Below are positions 30,822-40,705 of a DNA stretch of 64,000 nucleotides, piece after piece. The notes under the pieces were generated by a model. It worked only from the letters and a program-made list of their open reading frames with translations, was not told where the DNA came from and made no database searches. This DNA comes from Myxococcota bacterium. Its GTDB lineage: Bacteria > Myxococcota_A > UBA9160 > UBA6930. The translations under genes and the position numbers were made by a program. Position 1 is the stretch's first letter. Each line of letters starts with the position of its first letter. The DNA lies in the NCBI GenBank assembly GCA_965223415.1, contig OZ245002.1:256001-320000 (forward strand), in the 5' to 3' direction.

Positions 30822-31595
30822 CTAGGGAACCACCTGCCAGCCCGACTCGCTGTAGCCGAGCAGCCGCTGCACCTCGGGCGGCGCCGCGCGTACGACGTCG
30901 ATTCCCGCCGTGATGAGGTGATCCTCGAGGGGCCGCAGCCAGCTCACCAGGTAGCCGACATAGCATCCGATGCGGACTTCCGGCGTGCGGTTCGCCCCGC
31001 CGCGGTGCACGACGTCGCCGTCGTAGAGCAGCACCGACCCCTTCGCCATGACCGCCCGACACGCCTCGCCCTCGGTGGACCTGCGCTCCTTCGGCCAGCG
31101 ATGGCTCCCGGGAACCACCACCGTGGCGCCGTTCTCCTCGGTGAAGTCCGTCAGCGCCACGTTCGCGCTGAACAGGACAGGCGGCCGCGGCGCCGGAACG
31201 AAGGGCCACGAATCCGCATCCCGGTGCAGCTCCTGGATCGTTTCCCCCTCCCCGAGCGCCATGAGCTCGCCCGTGCTGATGCGCACCGACCGCCCGTGCC
31301 CCGCGAGCCGCCGCCGCGCGAGCCCCACCAGCCACGGATCCGCGATCAGCTCCCCGTAGGCCGACGAGCGCGCCAGGAGCCCGTGGAGCCGCTTCGTCCG
31401 GAAGCCGAAGAAGGCATCCGGCTTGCCGCCGTCCGTGTTCGACCAGCCGACGGCATCGAGATGGGGCTCGAAGTCCGCGCGGAGGCGATCCGCCCGGGCG
31501 CCGGAGAGCAGGCCCTCGAGGATGACGCCGCCGTCCCGATCGAGGGCCGCGAGGATCTCGGCCGCCGGAGCCTCTCGGGGCAGGGTCGTGAGCAC
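30822..31595 (-). CDS. Phytanoyl-CoA dioxygenase (PhyH) family 2OG-Fe(II) oxygenase
   Basis: Q.LHRD, ALTDFTEENGAT..VPGSH, H.GGAN. Confidence 0.88.
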   Translation of the reverse strand: MLTTLPREAPAAEILAALDRDGGVILEGLLSGARADRLRADFEPHLDAVGWSNTDGGKPDAFFGFRTKRLHGLLARSSAYGELIADPWLVGLARRRLAGHGRSVRISTGELMALGEGETIQELHRDADSWPFVPAPRPPVLFSANVALTDFTEENGATVVVPGSHRWPKERRSTEGEACRAVMAKGSVLLYDGDVVHRGGANRTPEVRIGCYVGYLVSWLRPLEDHLITAGIDVVRAAPPEVQRLLGYSESGWQVVP

Positions 31596-31742
31596 GTGCG
31601 AACCTCCCGGCGATGCGGTCGCTTCGGGCCCGCCCGAGCCCCGCTGCGTCGATGGCGACCCCCGGGGCCCCTCGTTACCCTGGTTCGCCACGGTGCACCC
31701 AGGCCACGGGCCGACCAGCAGCCCGCGACGCCGCACCGCCGA

Positions 31743-31818
31743 GCCAACGTAGCTCAGCTGGTAGAGCAGCTGATTCGTAATCAGCAGGTCAGCGGTTCGA
31801 GTCCGCTCGTTGGCTCCA
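31743..31818 (+). tRNA. tRNA-Thr(CGT)
   Basis: GCCAACG/CGTTGGC acceptor stem, AGCTCAGCTGGTAGAGC D-arm, GCTGA-TTCGTAA-TCAGC anticodon arm, GGTTCGAGTCC T-arm, encoded CCA. Confidence 0.97.
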
Positions 31819-31891
31819 GCTTGCGCTGTGGCGGTCCCATGAGACGCGCGCCCTTCGGTACCCTGCACCTCGCTCGCGAGAGGAGCCACCG

Positions 31892-32719
31892 ATGCAACAT
31901 TTCCAAGGTCGCGTCGCCGTCGTGACCGGAGCCGCCAGCGGAATCGGCTTCGCCACCGCTGAGCGGCTCGCCCGGGAAGGCATGCGCGTCGTCCTCGCGG
32001 ACATCGAGAGAGCGCCTCTCGCCGACGCGGTCGCGAAGCTCGATGCCGCGGGCCACGACGTGCGGGGCGTCCCGACCGACGTCAGCCGGCGGGACGACCT
32101 CCAGGCCCTTGCCGATCGCACCCTCGACGCCTTCGGCCAGGTGAACGTGGTCCACAACAACGCGGGCGTCGTGCGGGCCGGTCGTATGGAAGAGCTCACC
32201 CTAGCCGACTGGGAGTGGGTGCTCGGCGTCGACCTCTGGAGCGTGATCTACGGGGTGAAGACCTTCCTGCCGCTGATCCGCGAAGCGGGAGAGGGGCACA
32301 TCGTCAACACCGCCTCGAGCGCCGGCCTCCAGGCCTCGCCCGAGATCGGGCCCTACAACGTGGCGAAGTTCGGGGTGGTGGCGCTCACGGAGACGCTGCA
32401 GCTCGAGCTGGGCGCCGAGGGCAGCCCCATCGGCGCTTCGGTGCTGTGTCCCGGTGCGATCGCGACGCGGATCGGGGAGAGCGAGCGCAACCGGCCCGAT
32501 GCCGCGGCGGAGACCGAGACGAACCAGCGCTTCCACGAGATGGCGGCGAAGGTCGTGGGGAGCGGACACAGCCCCGAGAGCGTGGCGGAGCTCGTGCTCT
32601 CGGCGATCCGCGAGCAGGAGTTCTGGATCCTCACGCATCCGGACTGGATCGACGTCCTGCGCCGGCGCGTCGAAGGCATGGAGGACGGGCGTCGGCTCGT
32701 CACGGGCTTCGGTGGCTGA
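31892..32719 (+). CDS. SDR family oxidoreductase
   Basis: TGAASGIG, NNAG, NTASSAG, YNVAK. Confidence 0.92.
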   Translation: MQHFQGRVAVVTGAASGIGFATAERLAREGMRVVLADIERAPLADAVAKLDAAGHDVRGVPTDVSRRDDLQALADRTLDAFGQVNVVHNNAGVVRAGRMEELTLADWEWVLGVDLWSVIYGVKTFLPLIREAGEGHIVNTASSAGLQASPEIGPYNVAKFGVVALTETLQLELGAEGSPIGASVLCPGAIATRIGESERNRPDAAAETETNQRFHEMAAKVVGSGHSPESVAELVLSAIREQEFWILTHPDWIDVLRRRVEGMEDGRRLVTGFGG

Positions 32720-33479
32720 GGCTTCCGCCCGGCCCGTGGCGATCGTGACGGGTGCGGCCGCCGGCCTCGGCCGCGCGTTCGCCGAGGGCCTGGGCGCAGT
32801 GGGCTATGAGATCGTGGCCTGCGACGTCGAGGCTTCGGTCGAGTCGATCGACGGCCTCACGTTCCGTGCCGACGTGGCGGAGCCGGCCGACGTGCGCCGC
32901 GTGGTCGACGGCGCCTTGGCCCAGCATGGGCGGATCGACGTCCTCGTGAACAACGCGGGCATCGCGCGGCCCACCCGCGCCGGCCACGATTGGGAGCGGG
33001 GCCTTCGCGATTACGAGGCGGTGATCGGGACGAACCTGAAGGGCGCCTTCCTCTTCGTGCGCGCCGTGGCACCGATCATGACCCGGCAGAGCGCGGGGCA
33101 CATCGTCAACGTCTCCACCGATCACGTCTACCCCGAGCCTGGCCACCGCGTCTGGGGACACGGGGGGATGGATCTCTACAACGCCTCGAAGTGGGCGCTG
33201 AACGGCCTGACCCTCGACTGGGCCGCGACCCTCGGCCGGCACGGCATCCGGGTGAACGGGCTCTGCATGGGCGCGACCGACACCCCGATGCTGCGGGCGT
33301 TCGCCGGCGAGGTGAGCGACGAGGTCGTCGCCACGTGGATGAAGCCCGGCGAGATCTGCGAGCTGCTGATCGCGCTGCTCGAGGAAGGCCCGGACGGCCG
33401 CACCGGCCACAACCTGGGCTGCTGGGTCGGCAGGCCTCTCGGCCTGGACGACAGCGTCGAGGCGGGACACCGTCGCTGA
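32712..33479 (+). CDS. SDR family oxidoreductase
   Basis: TGAAAGLG, VNNAG, YNASK. Confidence 0.9.
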   Translation: MAEASARPVAIVTGAAAGLGRAFAEGLGAVGYEIVACDVEASVESIDGLTFRADVAEPADVRRVVDGALAQHGRIDVLVNNAGIARPTRAGHDWERGLRDYEAVIGTNLKGAFLFVRAVAPIMTRQSAGHIVNVSTDHVYPEPGHRVWGHGGMDLYNASKWALNGLTLDWAATLGRHGIRVNGLCMGATDTPMLRAFAGEVSDEVVATWMKPGEICELLIALLEEGPDGRTGHNLGCWVGRPLGLDDSVEAGHRR

Positions 33480-33496
33480 CCCGCAGCGCGAGCCGG

Positions 33497-34669
33497 TCAG
33501 CCCTCCAGCCCACGCCCCATCAGATCCACGAAGTTGTCGAAGTAGAAGGCCTGCTTCTCGTCCTCCGACAGCTCCTGCATGCTCTCCTCGAAGCGCTTGA
33601 TCGGATTGCGCCCGCCTTCCACGTGCGGGTAGTCCGAGGAGAAGAGGCACACCTCCGGCCCGGCGTTGCGCACGGTCCAGCCCACGTCCTCGGCAGGGTA
33701 CGGCGTGGCGCGGACCTGGCGGCGGACGTACTCGCTGGGGCGCAAGAAGAGCTTCTGCAGCCGCTCCTCGCGCTTGCGGAAGGCCTCGAAGGCCGAATCC
33801 ATGAAGCGCATCCAGCTCGGCAGCCAGGACGCGCCCTGCTCGATCACGCCGAACTTGAGGCCGGGGTGGCGGTCGAGGACGCCGTCGAAGATCAGGGTGG
33901 CCAGGGTCTGCATCGGCTGGGTGGGGATGGCCATGTAGTCGACGGAGCGGAAGTTCTCGTCGCCGCCGTGGAAGTCCGGGATCGGGGGGCCGCCGTTCTC
34001 GAAGTAGTCCGGGTCGAGGAGCTGGCCATCGGCGGCCCGCAGGCCACCGCCCACGTGGAAGACGATCGGCAGGCCGGCTTCGGCGGCCTGGGCCCAGACG
34101 GGCTCGAGGCCGGTGTGGCTGGGCGCGTGGCCGCGGGGGCAGCCGGAGGGCACGAGCAGCGCGCGGCAGCCGCTCCCGATCACCTCCTTCGCCATGGCGG
34201 CGGAGCGGTCGAAATCACGCAGAGGGACGTAGCCGGTGGCGAGCAGGCGCGGGTCGGCCGAGCAGAAGTCGAGCATCGAGCGGTTGTGGGCGCGGGCGAA
34301 GCCGTAGGCGAAGTCGAGGTCGTCGCCGCGCTCGGCGTGGAGCAGACGGCCATTCACGAAGGTGTTGAAGACGAGCTGGGTCTCGAAGCCGAGCAGGTCG
34401 AGGGCCTGGGGGCGGTCGTCCTTCAGGAAGGAGCCAGTGGCGGCCCAGCTTTTGCGCAGGAGGAGCTGCTCCTCGTCGTCGGCGCGGTAGGCCGGGTCGC
34501 GGTGCTGGGCCTCGAAGCGCGCGATCCGGTCCTTCTCGCCCGGCGCCACGCCCGAGATGATCGGCGGCAGCTTGTCCCGGACGTCGGGATCCGCGAAGGC
34601 GTGGAACCAGTCCGGCGTCTCCATGAAGTGGGCGTCGGCGTCGTGGATCGGCCGGTGCGCGTAGGGCAT
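33497..34669 (-). CDS. Amidohydrolase family 2 protein
   Basis: DADAH, FHVGG, IEQGASWLP, FSSDYPHVEG. Confidence 0.88.
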   Translation of the reverse strand: MPYAHRPIHDADAHFMETPDWFHAFADPDVRDKLPPIISGVAPGEKDRIARFEAQHRDPAYRADDEEQLLLRKSWAATGSFLKDDRPQALDLLGFETQLVFNTFVNGRLLHAERGDDLDFAYGFARAHNRSMLDFCSADPRLLATGYVPLRDFDRSAAMAKEVIGSGCRALLVPSGCPRGHAPSHTGLEPVWAQAAEAGLPIVFHVGGGLRAADGQLLDPDYFENGGPPIPDFHGGDENFRSVDYMAIPTQPMQTLATLIFDGVLDRHPGLKFGVIEQGASWLPSWMRFMDSAFEAFRKREERLQKLFLRPSEYVRRQVRATPYPAEDVGWTVRNAGPEVCLFSSDYPHVEGGRNPIKRFEESMQELSEDEKQAFYFDNFVDLMGRGLEG

Positions 34670-34749
34670 CGTGAGACCTCCGCCCGCAGCGTACCGGATC
34701 GGCCGCGGTCCCCGCGTCCAGGAGCGTCTCGCGGGGCCCGGCGCGTTGC

Positions 34750-34766
34750 GTGACAAAGAATGTCAC
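34750..34766. promoter_or_regulatory. Possible operator GTGACA-N5-TGTCAC
   Basis: Perfect inverted repeat in the divergent region upstream of the wza-like gene. Confidence 0.4.
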
Positions 34767-34925
34767 CGGGTCGTGCACGAATGCGCAGCTTCCGGTGGAA
34801 GCCGTAGCGCCGCGGGCCGGAGCGGGCCCGGCGCACGAAGGGGGCGTCGGGCCCGGCGTCACCCATGGGCCCGGCAGGTCGACCCACCGGGACTACTCGT
34901 GACCCTCGAACCGAAGGGGGAGTCC

Positions 34926-35591
34926 GTGTCTTCGCGCCCCTCCAACCGCCTCCTGATCGCAACGGCGCTGATCGCCTCGGCGCTCGGGCTCGGCTGCGCC
35001 CATCCGAATGCGCAGACACCGGCGGCGGCCTCGGCGCGGCCGGCGCTCGCTCCGACCGCCGACCTCGCAGACCTCGCCGCCGAGCGCGAGCGCCCGCAGC
35101 CGAGCTACCGGATCCAGGTGGGGGATCGGCTGCGCGTCGCCTTCGCCTACGAGCCGCACCTCGACCAGGACGTGGCGGTGCGCCCCGACGGGCGGATCGC
35201 GCTGCCCCTGGCCGGCGAGCTGAGGGCCGCCGGGAGGACACCGGCGGAGCTGGGTGCAGTGCTCGCGACGCGGCTCGAAGGGGCGCTCCATCGCCCGGAG
35301 CCCACCGTGATCGTGCACGCGGCCCAGCCGTACCAGGTGTTCGTGGGCGGCGGCGTGCGGGCGCCGGGGGCGTTCGCGCTCTCGCCGCAGCTGACGGCGC
35401 TGCGCGCGATCACCGCCGCCGGCGGCGCGCGGGACCCGGCCGCCCTGCGTTCGGTGATGGTGGTGCGGCAGCGGCCGGACGGCGAGCGGATCCTCCTCCG
35501 CCTCGACCTCGATCTCGGCCAGGGCGAAGACCTGCCGCTGCGGGCCGGCGACCTCGTGCTCGTCTCCGAGCCGGGAAGAAGGACCCCGTGA
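34926..35591 (+). CDS. Polysaccharide export lipoprotein (Wza/GumB-like)
   Basis: Lipobox LGLGC, YRIQVGDRL, VRPDGRIALPLAGE, SLBB-like region. Confidence 0.85.
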   Translation: MSSRPSNRLLIATALIASALGLGCAHPNAQTPAAASARPALAPTADLADLAAERERPQPSYRIQVGDRLRVAFAYEPHLDQDVAVRPDGRIALPLAGELRAAGRTPAELGAVLATRLEGALHRPEPTVIVHAAQPYQVFVGGGVRAPGAFALSPQLTALRAITAAGGARDPAALRSVMVVRQRPDGERILLRLDLDLGQGEDLPLRAGDLVLVSEPGRRTP

Positions 35592-36943
35592 CGACGCGAC
35601 ACACCTCGACCCTGCGCGACTTCATGCGCGCCCTCTTCCGGCACTGGCGGACGATCCTGCTCACGACCGCAGCCACCGTCGCCGCGGCCGCGCTCTGGCT
35701 GGGGCTGCGGACGCCGCTCTACGAGAGCCGCGCCGAAGTGCTCGTGCACGCGTCGCCGGAGCTCGGGACCGGCTCGGAGAACGCGCACACCGAGCTGGAG
35801 CTCTTGAAGGCAACCCGACTCACGAGCGCGGACCTGGAGACGGACGATTTGCGGGCGCGCGTGCTCCGGGCCTTCGGAGCCGGCACGGAAGAGCAGGCCC
35901 TGGGCGCCCTGCACCGCGGCCTCCGGGTGGACGCGGCGGAGGGCTCGGGTGTGCTTCGCGCCGGCTTCCGGGCCAGCGATCCGCGGGTCGCGGCCGATCT
36001 CTCGAACCGGCTCGTCGAGCGCTACCTCGAGCGGCGCGCCGGCGTTCTCGATCCCTCGCGGACTCGCGCTTTCTACGACGAGCAGATCGCCCAGCAGGGC
36101 ACGCGCCTGCAGGCGCTGGAAAGCGAGCTGGACGCCCGTTGGACCGGCGACGACCTGGCCGATCTCGACGCGAAGAAGCAGCTGCTGCTCGCCGAGCTCT
36201 CGGCGCTGGACCTGCGGCGCCGGGAAGCCGAGGAGGAGCGGGAGCGGTTACTCGAGGCCCGTCGCGGCGTGGCCCGCCGGATCGAGCAGCGCGGCGGCTG
36301 GCTGGAGACGCCGGAGGCCGCCGCCGGCGCCGCGGCCCTGGCGACCCTCGACCGCCTCTACTTCGAGCTGGCCGCCGATCGCGCGCGCTTCGCCGAGGCG
36401 TATCTCGGCGATGCGAGGCCGCTGCGACGCTTCGATCGTCAGCTCGCGGAGCTGCGGGAGCAGAAGGGCCGCCAGCTCCTCGCCACCCTCGACGCCCGGG
36501 AGCGGGACGCGAAGCGACGCGGCCAGAGCCTCGCAGCCGAGCTCGCGAGGAAGCGCGTAGCCCTCGACGCCCTGAACGCCCGCGCCCTCGACCTGCTGCG
36601 GCTCGAGCGGGAGCACGCCTTCGCCGAGAGCACCTACCTCCTGTACCGGCGCAAGGCCGAGGGCCTGCGCCTCGAGGGCGAGCTGGTGGCGCGCGGGCTC
36701 GGCGGCGTCTCGCTGCTTCGCGCGGCGCAGCCGGCGACGGATCCGGTCTCGGTGGGCGCCGTTCCGGTGCTGCTGCTCGCGGCGCTGGTGGGCCTCGTCC
36801 TCGGCGGGCTCCAGGCGCTGGTGCGACAGGCCCTCGACCACACGTTCCAGGAGCCCGAGCGGGTGGCGAACGAGCTCGCCCTGCCGGTGCTCGCAGCGGT
36901 GCCCGACGCACGGGAAGAAGCCCGTGCGGTAGCGGCCGGCTAG
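35588..36943 (+). CDS. Polysaccharide co-polymerase (Wzc/GumC membrane part)
   Basis: N-terminal TM + P.YES.A.V, long coiled coil, C-terminal TM followed by LDHTF..PE...L.LPVL. Confidence 0.8.
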   Translation: MTTRHTSTLRDFMRALFRHWRTILLTTAATVAAAALWLGLRTPLYESRAEVLVHASPELGTGSENAHTELELLKATRLTSADLETDDLRARVLRAFGAGTEEQALGALHRGLRVDAAEGSGVLRAGFRASDPRVAADLSNRLVERYLERRAGVLDPSRTRAFYDEQIAQQGTRLQALESELDARWTGDDLADLDAKKQLLLAELSALDLRRREAEEERERLLEARRGVARRIEQRGGWLETPEAAAGAAALATLDRLYFELAADRARFAEAYLGDARPLRRFDRQLAELREQKGRQLLATLDARERDAKRRGQSLAAELARKRVALDALNARALDLLRLEREHAFAESTYLLYRRKAEGLRLEGELVARGLGGVSLLRAAQPATDPVSVGAVPVLLLAALVGLVLGGLQALVRQALDHTFQEPERVANELALPVLAAVPDAREEARAVAAG

Positions 36944-36951
36944 GAAGAACC

Positions 36952-37578
36952 ATGGAAGCGCATCCCCTCCAGTCGTCCCTCTCCAGGCTCCGGGCCGGCC
37001 TCGCCCAGGCGATCCAGCGGGGCGAGCGCCACTTCGGCTTCTTCTCCACCCACGCCGGCGAGGGCACCAGCACCGTGGTGGTCCAGCTCGCCCGTCTGCT
37101 CGCCGCCCGCAGCCGCTTTCGCGTGCTGGTCGTGGATGCCAATCCCGAGCGGCCCGTGCTCCACGAGTGGCTGGCGGGCCAACGCAGCCGGGGCTTCTTC
37201 GATCTGCTCGCGGGGCGCGTCGACGCCATCGGCGCGGTCCAGGATCGCGGCGAGCTCGACCTGATCGCCTGCGGCGAGCTGGGCGACGAGCCCTCCCGCC
37301 TGCTGCGTCCCGAGCGCCTCCGTCGCATCCTGCCGATGCTCGGCACGCGCTTCGACTGCGTGCTCTACGACGCCGCACCGGTGATCGAGAACCCCGAGAT
37401 GGAGACGCTGCTCAGCGAGATGGACGCCTCGGTGATGGTGCTCGAGGCGGAGCGCACCCGGCGCGAGGTGGCCCAGGCGGCGCGACGGGCCGTGGAGGCG
37501 GCCGGAGCCAAGGCGATGGGAGTGGTGCTGAACCGGCGACGCTTCCACATCCCCGAGCCCATCTACCGGATGCTCTAG
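36952..37578 (+). CDS. CpsD/CapB-like BY-kinase domain with degenerate Walker A
   Basis: S..AGEGTST (Lys replaced by Thr), VLVVDAN, FDCVLYDAAP, GVVLN. Confidence 0.8.
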   Translation: MEAHPLQSSLSRLRAGLAQAIQRGERHFGFFSTHAGEGTSTVVVQLARLLAARSRFRVLVVDANPERPVLHEWLAGQRSRGFFDLLAGRVDAIGAVQDRGELDLIACGELGDEPSRLLRPERLRRILPMLGTRFDCVLYDAAPVIENPEMETLLSEMDASVMVLEAERTRREVAQAARRAVEAAGAKAMGVVLNRRRFHIPEPIYRML

Positions 37579-37598
37579 ATCGGGCGTCGTCCGCCCAA

Positions 37599-37633
37599 GA
37601 ACGCAAGATGCAAGGAACGTCCCCGTTCTTGCG
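37599..37633. repeat. Single unit of palindrome family C (reverse orientation)
   Basis: Reverse complement reads CGCAAGAACGGGGACGTTCCTTGCATCTTGCGTTC; lies between convergent genes. Confidence 0.8.
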
Positions 37634-37638
37634 ATCTG

Positions 37639-38154
37639 TCAGTCGCGGGGGGCGAGCTCGAAGAGCCAGAGGTAGCCGGAGGTGACGGCTTCCGGGGGGA
37701 CCTCGCTGCCGTTCAGGTACTTCTGGCCGAGCTGGGCGAGCAGCGGCGGGATCATCGGGCCTTCCTGGATGCGGACGAGTTTGCGCGCGTAGAGGTCGTC
37801 GCCGATGCGGAGCAGGATGCGTGGGTCCTTCTCGGCTTCGAGGGGCCACTGCTTCCAGATGCGGCCCCACCAGGTCGTCATGTAGCCGCTCGGGATGTAG
37901 GCCTTGCCTTCGTGATCGAGGATCCAGGTCGTGCGCGAACGGGCCGGCGTCAGCAGCTGGAACTCCACCTCCTGGATGTCGCGCACGAAGGACCAGTCCG
38001 GCTCCGCGCCGGTGGCGAGCGTGCCGTGCTCGAAGGGGCCGCCGGCGAAGATGGCGAGGGGGCCGTCGGCGAAGCGGGCGCCGACGAGCAGCCCGGCCAG
38101 GGCCACGGCAGCGACGACCACCAGGCCGATCAGCAGGCGCAGCAGGGTTCCCAT
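37639..38154 (-). CDS. Hypothetical protein with N-terminal TM helix
   Basis: Clean ORF with AGGAGG RBS; ARFADGPLAIFAGG, SRTTW motifs; function not recognised. Confidence 0.7.
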   Translation of the reverse strand: MGTLLRLLIGLVVVAAVALAGLLVGARFADGPLAIFAGGPFEHGTLATGAEPDWSFVRDIQEVEFQLLTPARSRTTWILDHEGKAYIPSGYMTTWWGRIWKQWPLEAEKDPRILLRIGDDLYARKLVRIQEGPMIPPLLAQLGQKYLNGSEVPPEAVTSGYLWLFELAPRD

Positions 38155-38163
38155 GGCGTCCTC

Positions 38164-38916
38164 CTAGGTGCGGAGCGGCGCGAACACCGCTTCGATCTCG
38201 ACGAGCCGTCCGTCGACGACCCGGAAGCGCTCGGCGATGCGGACGAACATGTCCCGTTCGCCGGCCCGGGCGCGCAGGGTGTAGAAGACCGCCGCCGCGT
38301 CCCCGGCGGCGAACCAGCGCTCGCCTTCGATCCCCTGGACGGTCTGCATGACCTCGCTCTCGAGGGAGCCGCGGAGCCCGTCGGCGCCGTCGCCGGTGTT
38401 CTTGCCGTTCTCGATCCGCCACACGTCTGGGGCCAGCGGCACGGCCGAGGCATCGTGGCTGACGAGGGCGGCCAGATAGGCCCGGGCCGCCTCGACCACC
38501 TCCCGGGGTGCATCGGCGCCGGCGGGATGCCGCGCCGGACGCGCGGCCCGGGGCGGCTCCGCGGTCACGGCGTACACGACCTCGACCTCCTGGATCCGGC
38601 CGCTGCGCACGTGGAAGCGTTCGCCGATGGTCGCCGGAATCCAGGTGGCGGGGGGACCGGCCGGGTCACCGGTGCCCCGGGCCAGGTCCGCATCCAGGTC
38701 GTAGAAGACGATCGCCTGGTCGCCGTCGACCAGCCACCGGAAGCCGTCGGTCGCGGCCACGGGCTCGCGGCGGAGGATCGCCCGGAGCGCGTCGGCGCCC
38801 TCGACGCTGACCTTGCCCGCGTCGATGCGCCGGACGTCCGGTGCCAGCAGCACGCTCTCGGCGTCGTGGCTCAGCAGGGCGTCCAGATAGGTGGTGGCGA
38901 CGTCGCGGATGTCCAT
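38164..38916 (-). CDS. Tandem SnoaL/NTF2-like domain protein
   Basis: Internal duplication: YL.AL.SHDA..V.LAPDV.R...ERF.V..G occurs twice. Confidence 0.7.
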   Translation of the reverse strand: MDIRDVATTYLDALLSHDAESVLLAPDVRRIDAGKVSVEGADALRAILRREPVAATDGFRWLVDGDQAIVFYDLDADLARGTGDPAGPPATWIPATIGERFHVRSGRIQEVEVVYAVTAEPPRAARPARHPAGADAPREVVEAARAYLAALVSHDASAVPLAPDVWRIENGKNTGDGADGLRGSLESEVMQTVQGIEGERWFAAGDAAAVFYTLRARAGERDMFVRIAERFRVVDGRLVEIEAVFAPLRT

Positions 38917-38995
38917 GGTGGCCCGGCCCCAACCCTATCACGGGCGCTCCGGATCCCCTCAAGCCCCCGCCCTGCTCCGCCGAAACCCCCGACAG

Positions 38996-39316
38996 ATGGA
39001 CCGCCGACGCAGCCCGCGCTTCCGCACCCGCTTCGATGCCCTGGTGTCCACCGAGAGCGCCGAGGGCGCGGGCGTGCTGACGGAGATCTCCTACGCCGGG
39101 GCCCTGCTGGGCGAGGTGGACGTGGTGCCGCCCGCGGGAAGCAAGGTCACCCTCTACATCTTCGTCCAGCCCATCGCGCCGTTCACCCTGCAGGGAACCG
39201 TCGCGCGCACCACCGAGACCGGCTTCGCCGTCACCTACGAGCTCTTCGACGAGGAGATCCGCCGGCTGGTCGACGACGTGAGCGCGATCGTCTCGGGGCC
39301 CGGCTCCGGGACCTAG
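38996..39316 (+). CDS. PilZ domain protein
   Basis: RRSPR (RxxxR) and EISYAG (variant of D/NxSxxG). Confidence 0.75.
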   Translation: MDRRRSPRFRTRFDALVSTESAEGAGVLTEISYAGALLGEVDVVPPAGSKVTLYIFVQPIAPFTLQGTVARTTETGFAVTYELFDEEIRRLVDDVSAIVSGPGSGT

Positions 39317-39341
39317 CGCTCGAGCGGAGTATCCTCTCCGC

Positions 39342-40331
39342 GTGTGGCGCTGGCTCGGAGGAGGACTGGTCGCGGCGGTCATCGGAATGCCGCTGCTGCT
39401 GGTCCTGAGCGCCCGGTGCTCCCTCGACGACGGGTTCCAGCACACGGCGCGGAGCCGAGCCCTCCCGCGCCTGTCGAGTCCGCCTCGGGACGGCCTCTTC
39501 CTCGTCCCCGCCCGGGGCATGGAGTTCCGGACGCGCCTGGCGGGCGCGGACAACGCCGGCCCGGCGCTCCTGCTCCTCCACGGGTTCCCGGAGACCTCCG
39601 CGATGTGGGAGCCGCTCCTCGAGGCCGGCGCGGCGGCGGGCCTGCGCGTCGCCGCCTTCGACCAGCGCGGCTACAGCCCCGGGGCGCGGCCCGAGGAGCA
39701 GGACGCCTACCGGGTGACGGAGCTGCGCCGGGACGCATTGGCGGTGGCCGACGCGCTGGGCTTCGAGCGCTTCCATCTCGTGGGCCACGACTGGGGATCG
39801 ATCGTCGCCTGGTCGATGGCGGGCGCCTACGCGGAGCGTCTCCGGAGCGTGACCTCGCTCTCGATTCCGCATCCGGCGGCGGGCCTCCGGCCCGGCCCGG
39901 ACGCATCGCCCCCGCTCTACGTCCGCGTGTTCCGCCAGCCCGGTGTCGCCGAGACCCTCCTCGCCGCCGGAGGCCACGCGTTGCTGCACCGGACCTACGG
40001 AGCCGTGACGCCCGCGGCCCAGGTCGACGGCTACGTCTCGGTCTTCTCCGAGCCCGGCGCGTTGGCGGCCGCCCTCGCCTGGTACCGCGCCCAGCCCGAG
40101 AGCTTCGCGGACCCGGAGACCTTCGAGGACACGGTGTCCCTCCCGGCCCTCTGGGTGTGGGGCAAGGACGACATGGAGATCTTCCACAGCGCCGGCATCC
40201 GCGCGCGGATGGAGGAGATCACGACCGGCCCCTACCGGGCCCTCGAGCTCGACGCGGGCCACTGGCTGATCCAGGAGGCCACCGGCCCGGTGATCGAGGC
40301 GATCCTGGCCCACGTGGCGGCCCATCCCTGA
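39342..40331 (+). CDS. Alpha/beta hydrolase (epoxide hydrolase-like)
   Basis: LHGFPE, DQRGY, GHDWG, AGHW. Confidence 0.9.
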   Translation: MWRWLGGGLVAAVIGMPLLLVLSARCSLDDGFQHTARSRALPRLSSPPRDGLFLVPARGMEFRTRLAGADNAGPALLLLHGFPETSAMWEPLLEAGAAAGLRVAAFDQRGYSPGARPEEQDAYRVTELRRDALAVADALGFERFHLVGHDWGSIVAWSMAGAYAERLRSVTSLSIPHPAAGLRPGPDASPPLYVRVFRQPGVAETLLAAGGHALLHRTYGAVTPAAQVDGYVSVFSEPGALAAALAWYRAQPESFADPETFEDTVSLPALWVWGKDDMEIFHSAGIRARMEEITTGPYRALELDAGHWLIQEATGPVIEAILAHVAAHP

Positions 40332-40705
40332 TCGCTAGCCTCTCTGGGTGGGGGTGCGAGAGGCGCGACGGACGCTGCGGCGCGCGCGACGCGACCAGCT
40401 GATGGCGGTGGCGCGGATCGCCGGCGCCAGCGGCCGGGTGCGGATCGCCCGGGGGCGCCTTCACCTCCACCGGAGCCTCCGCCGCTGGCAGCGCCGCTGG
40501 TCCCGGCGGGTGCCGTTCTTTCGTTAGGCATCCGATCCGCGAGGGGACTCGCCGGTCTCGCCCCGGCGCGGGCTGAACCTCGCCATGGCGGCCAAGGCGA
40601 CCCCCGACAGAACGAACGGTGCGCCGACCAGGCCGAAGCCGAGGAAGCGGGCCACGCCGGAGGAGGACGGTCAGGACCACGAGAGCCAGCAGGAGGCCGG
40701 TCCCG

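Noticed and set aside
31743..31900. tRNA-Thr as an integration site of a genomic island
   Set aside because: No integrase nearby and no duplicated tRNA 3' end seen in the window.
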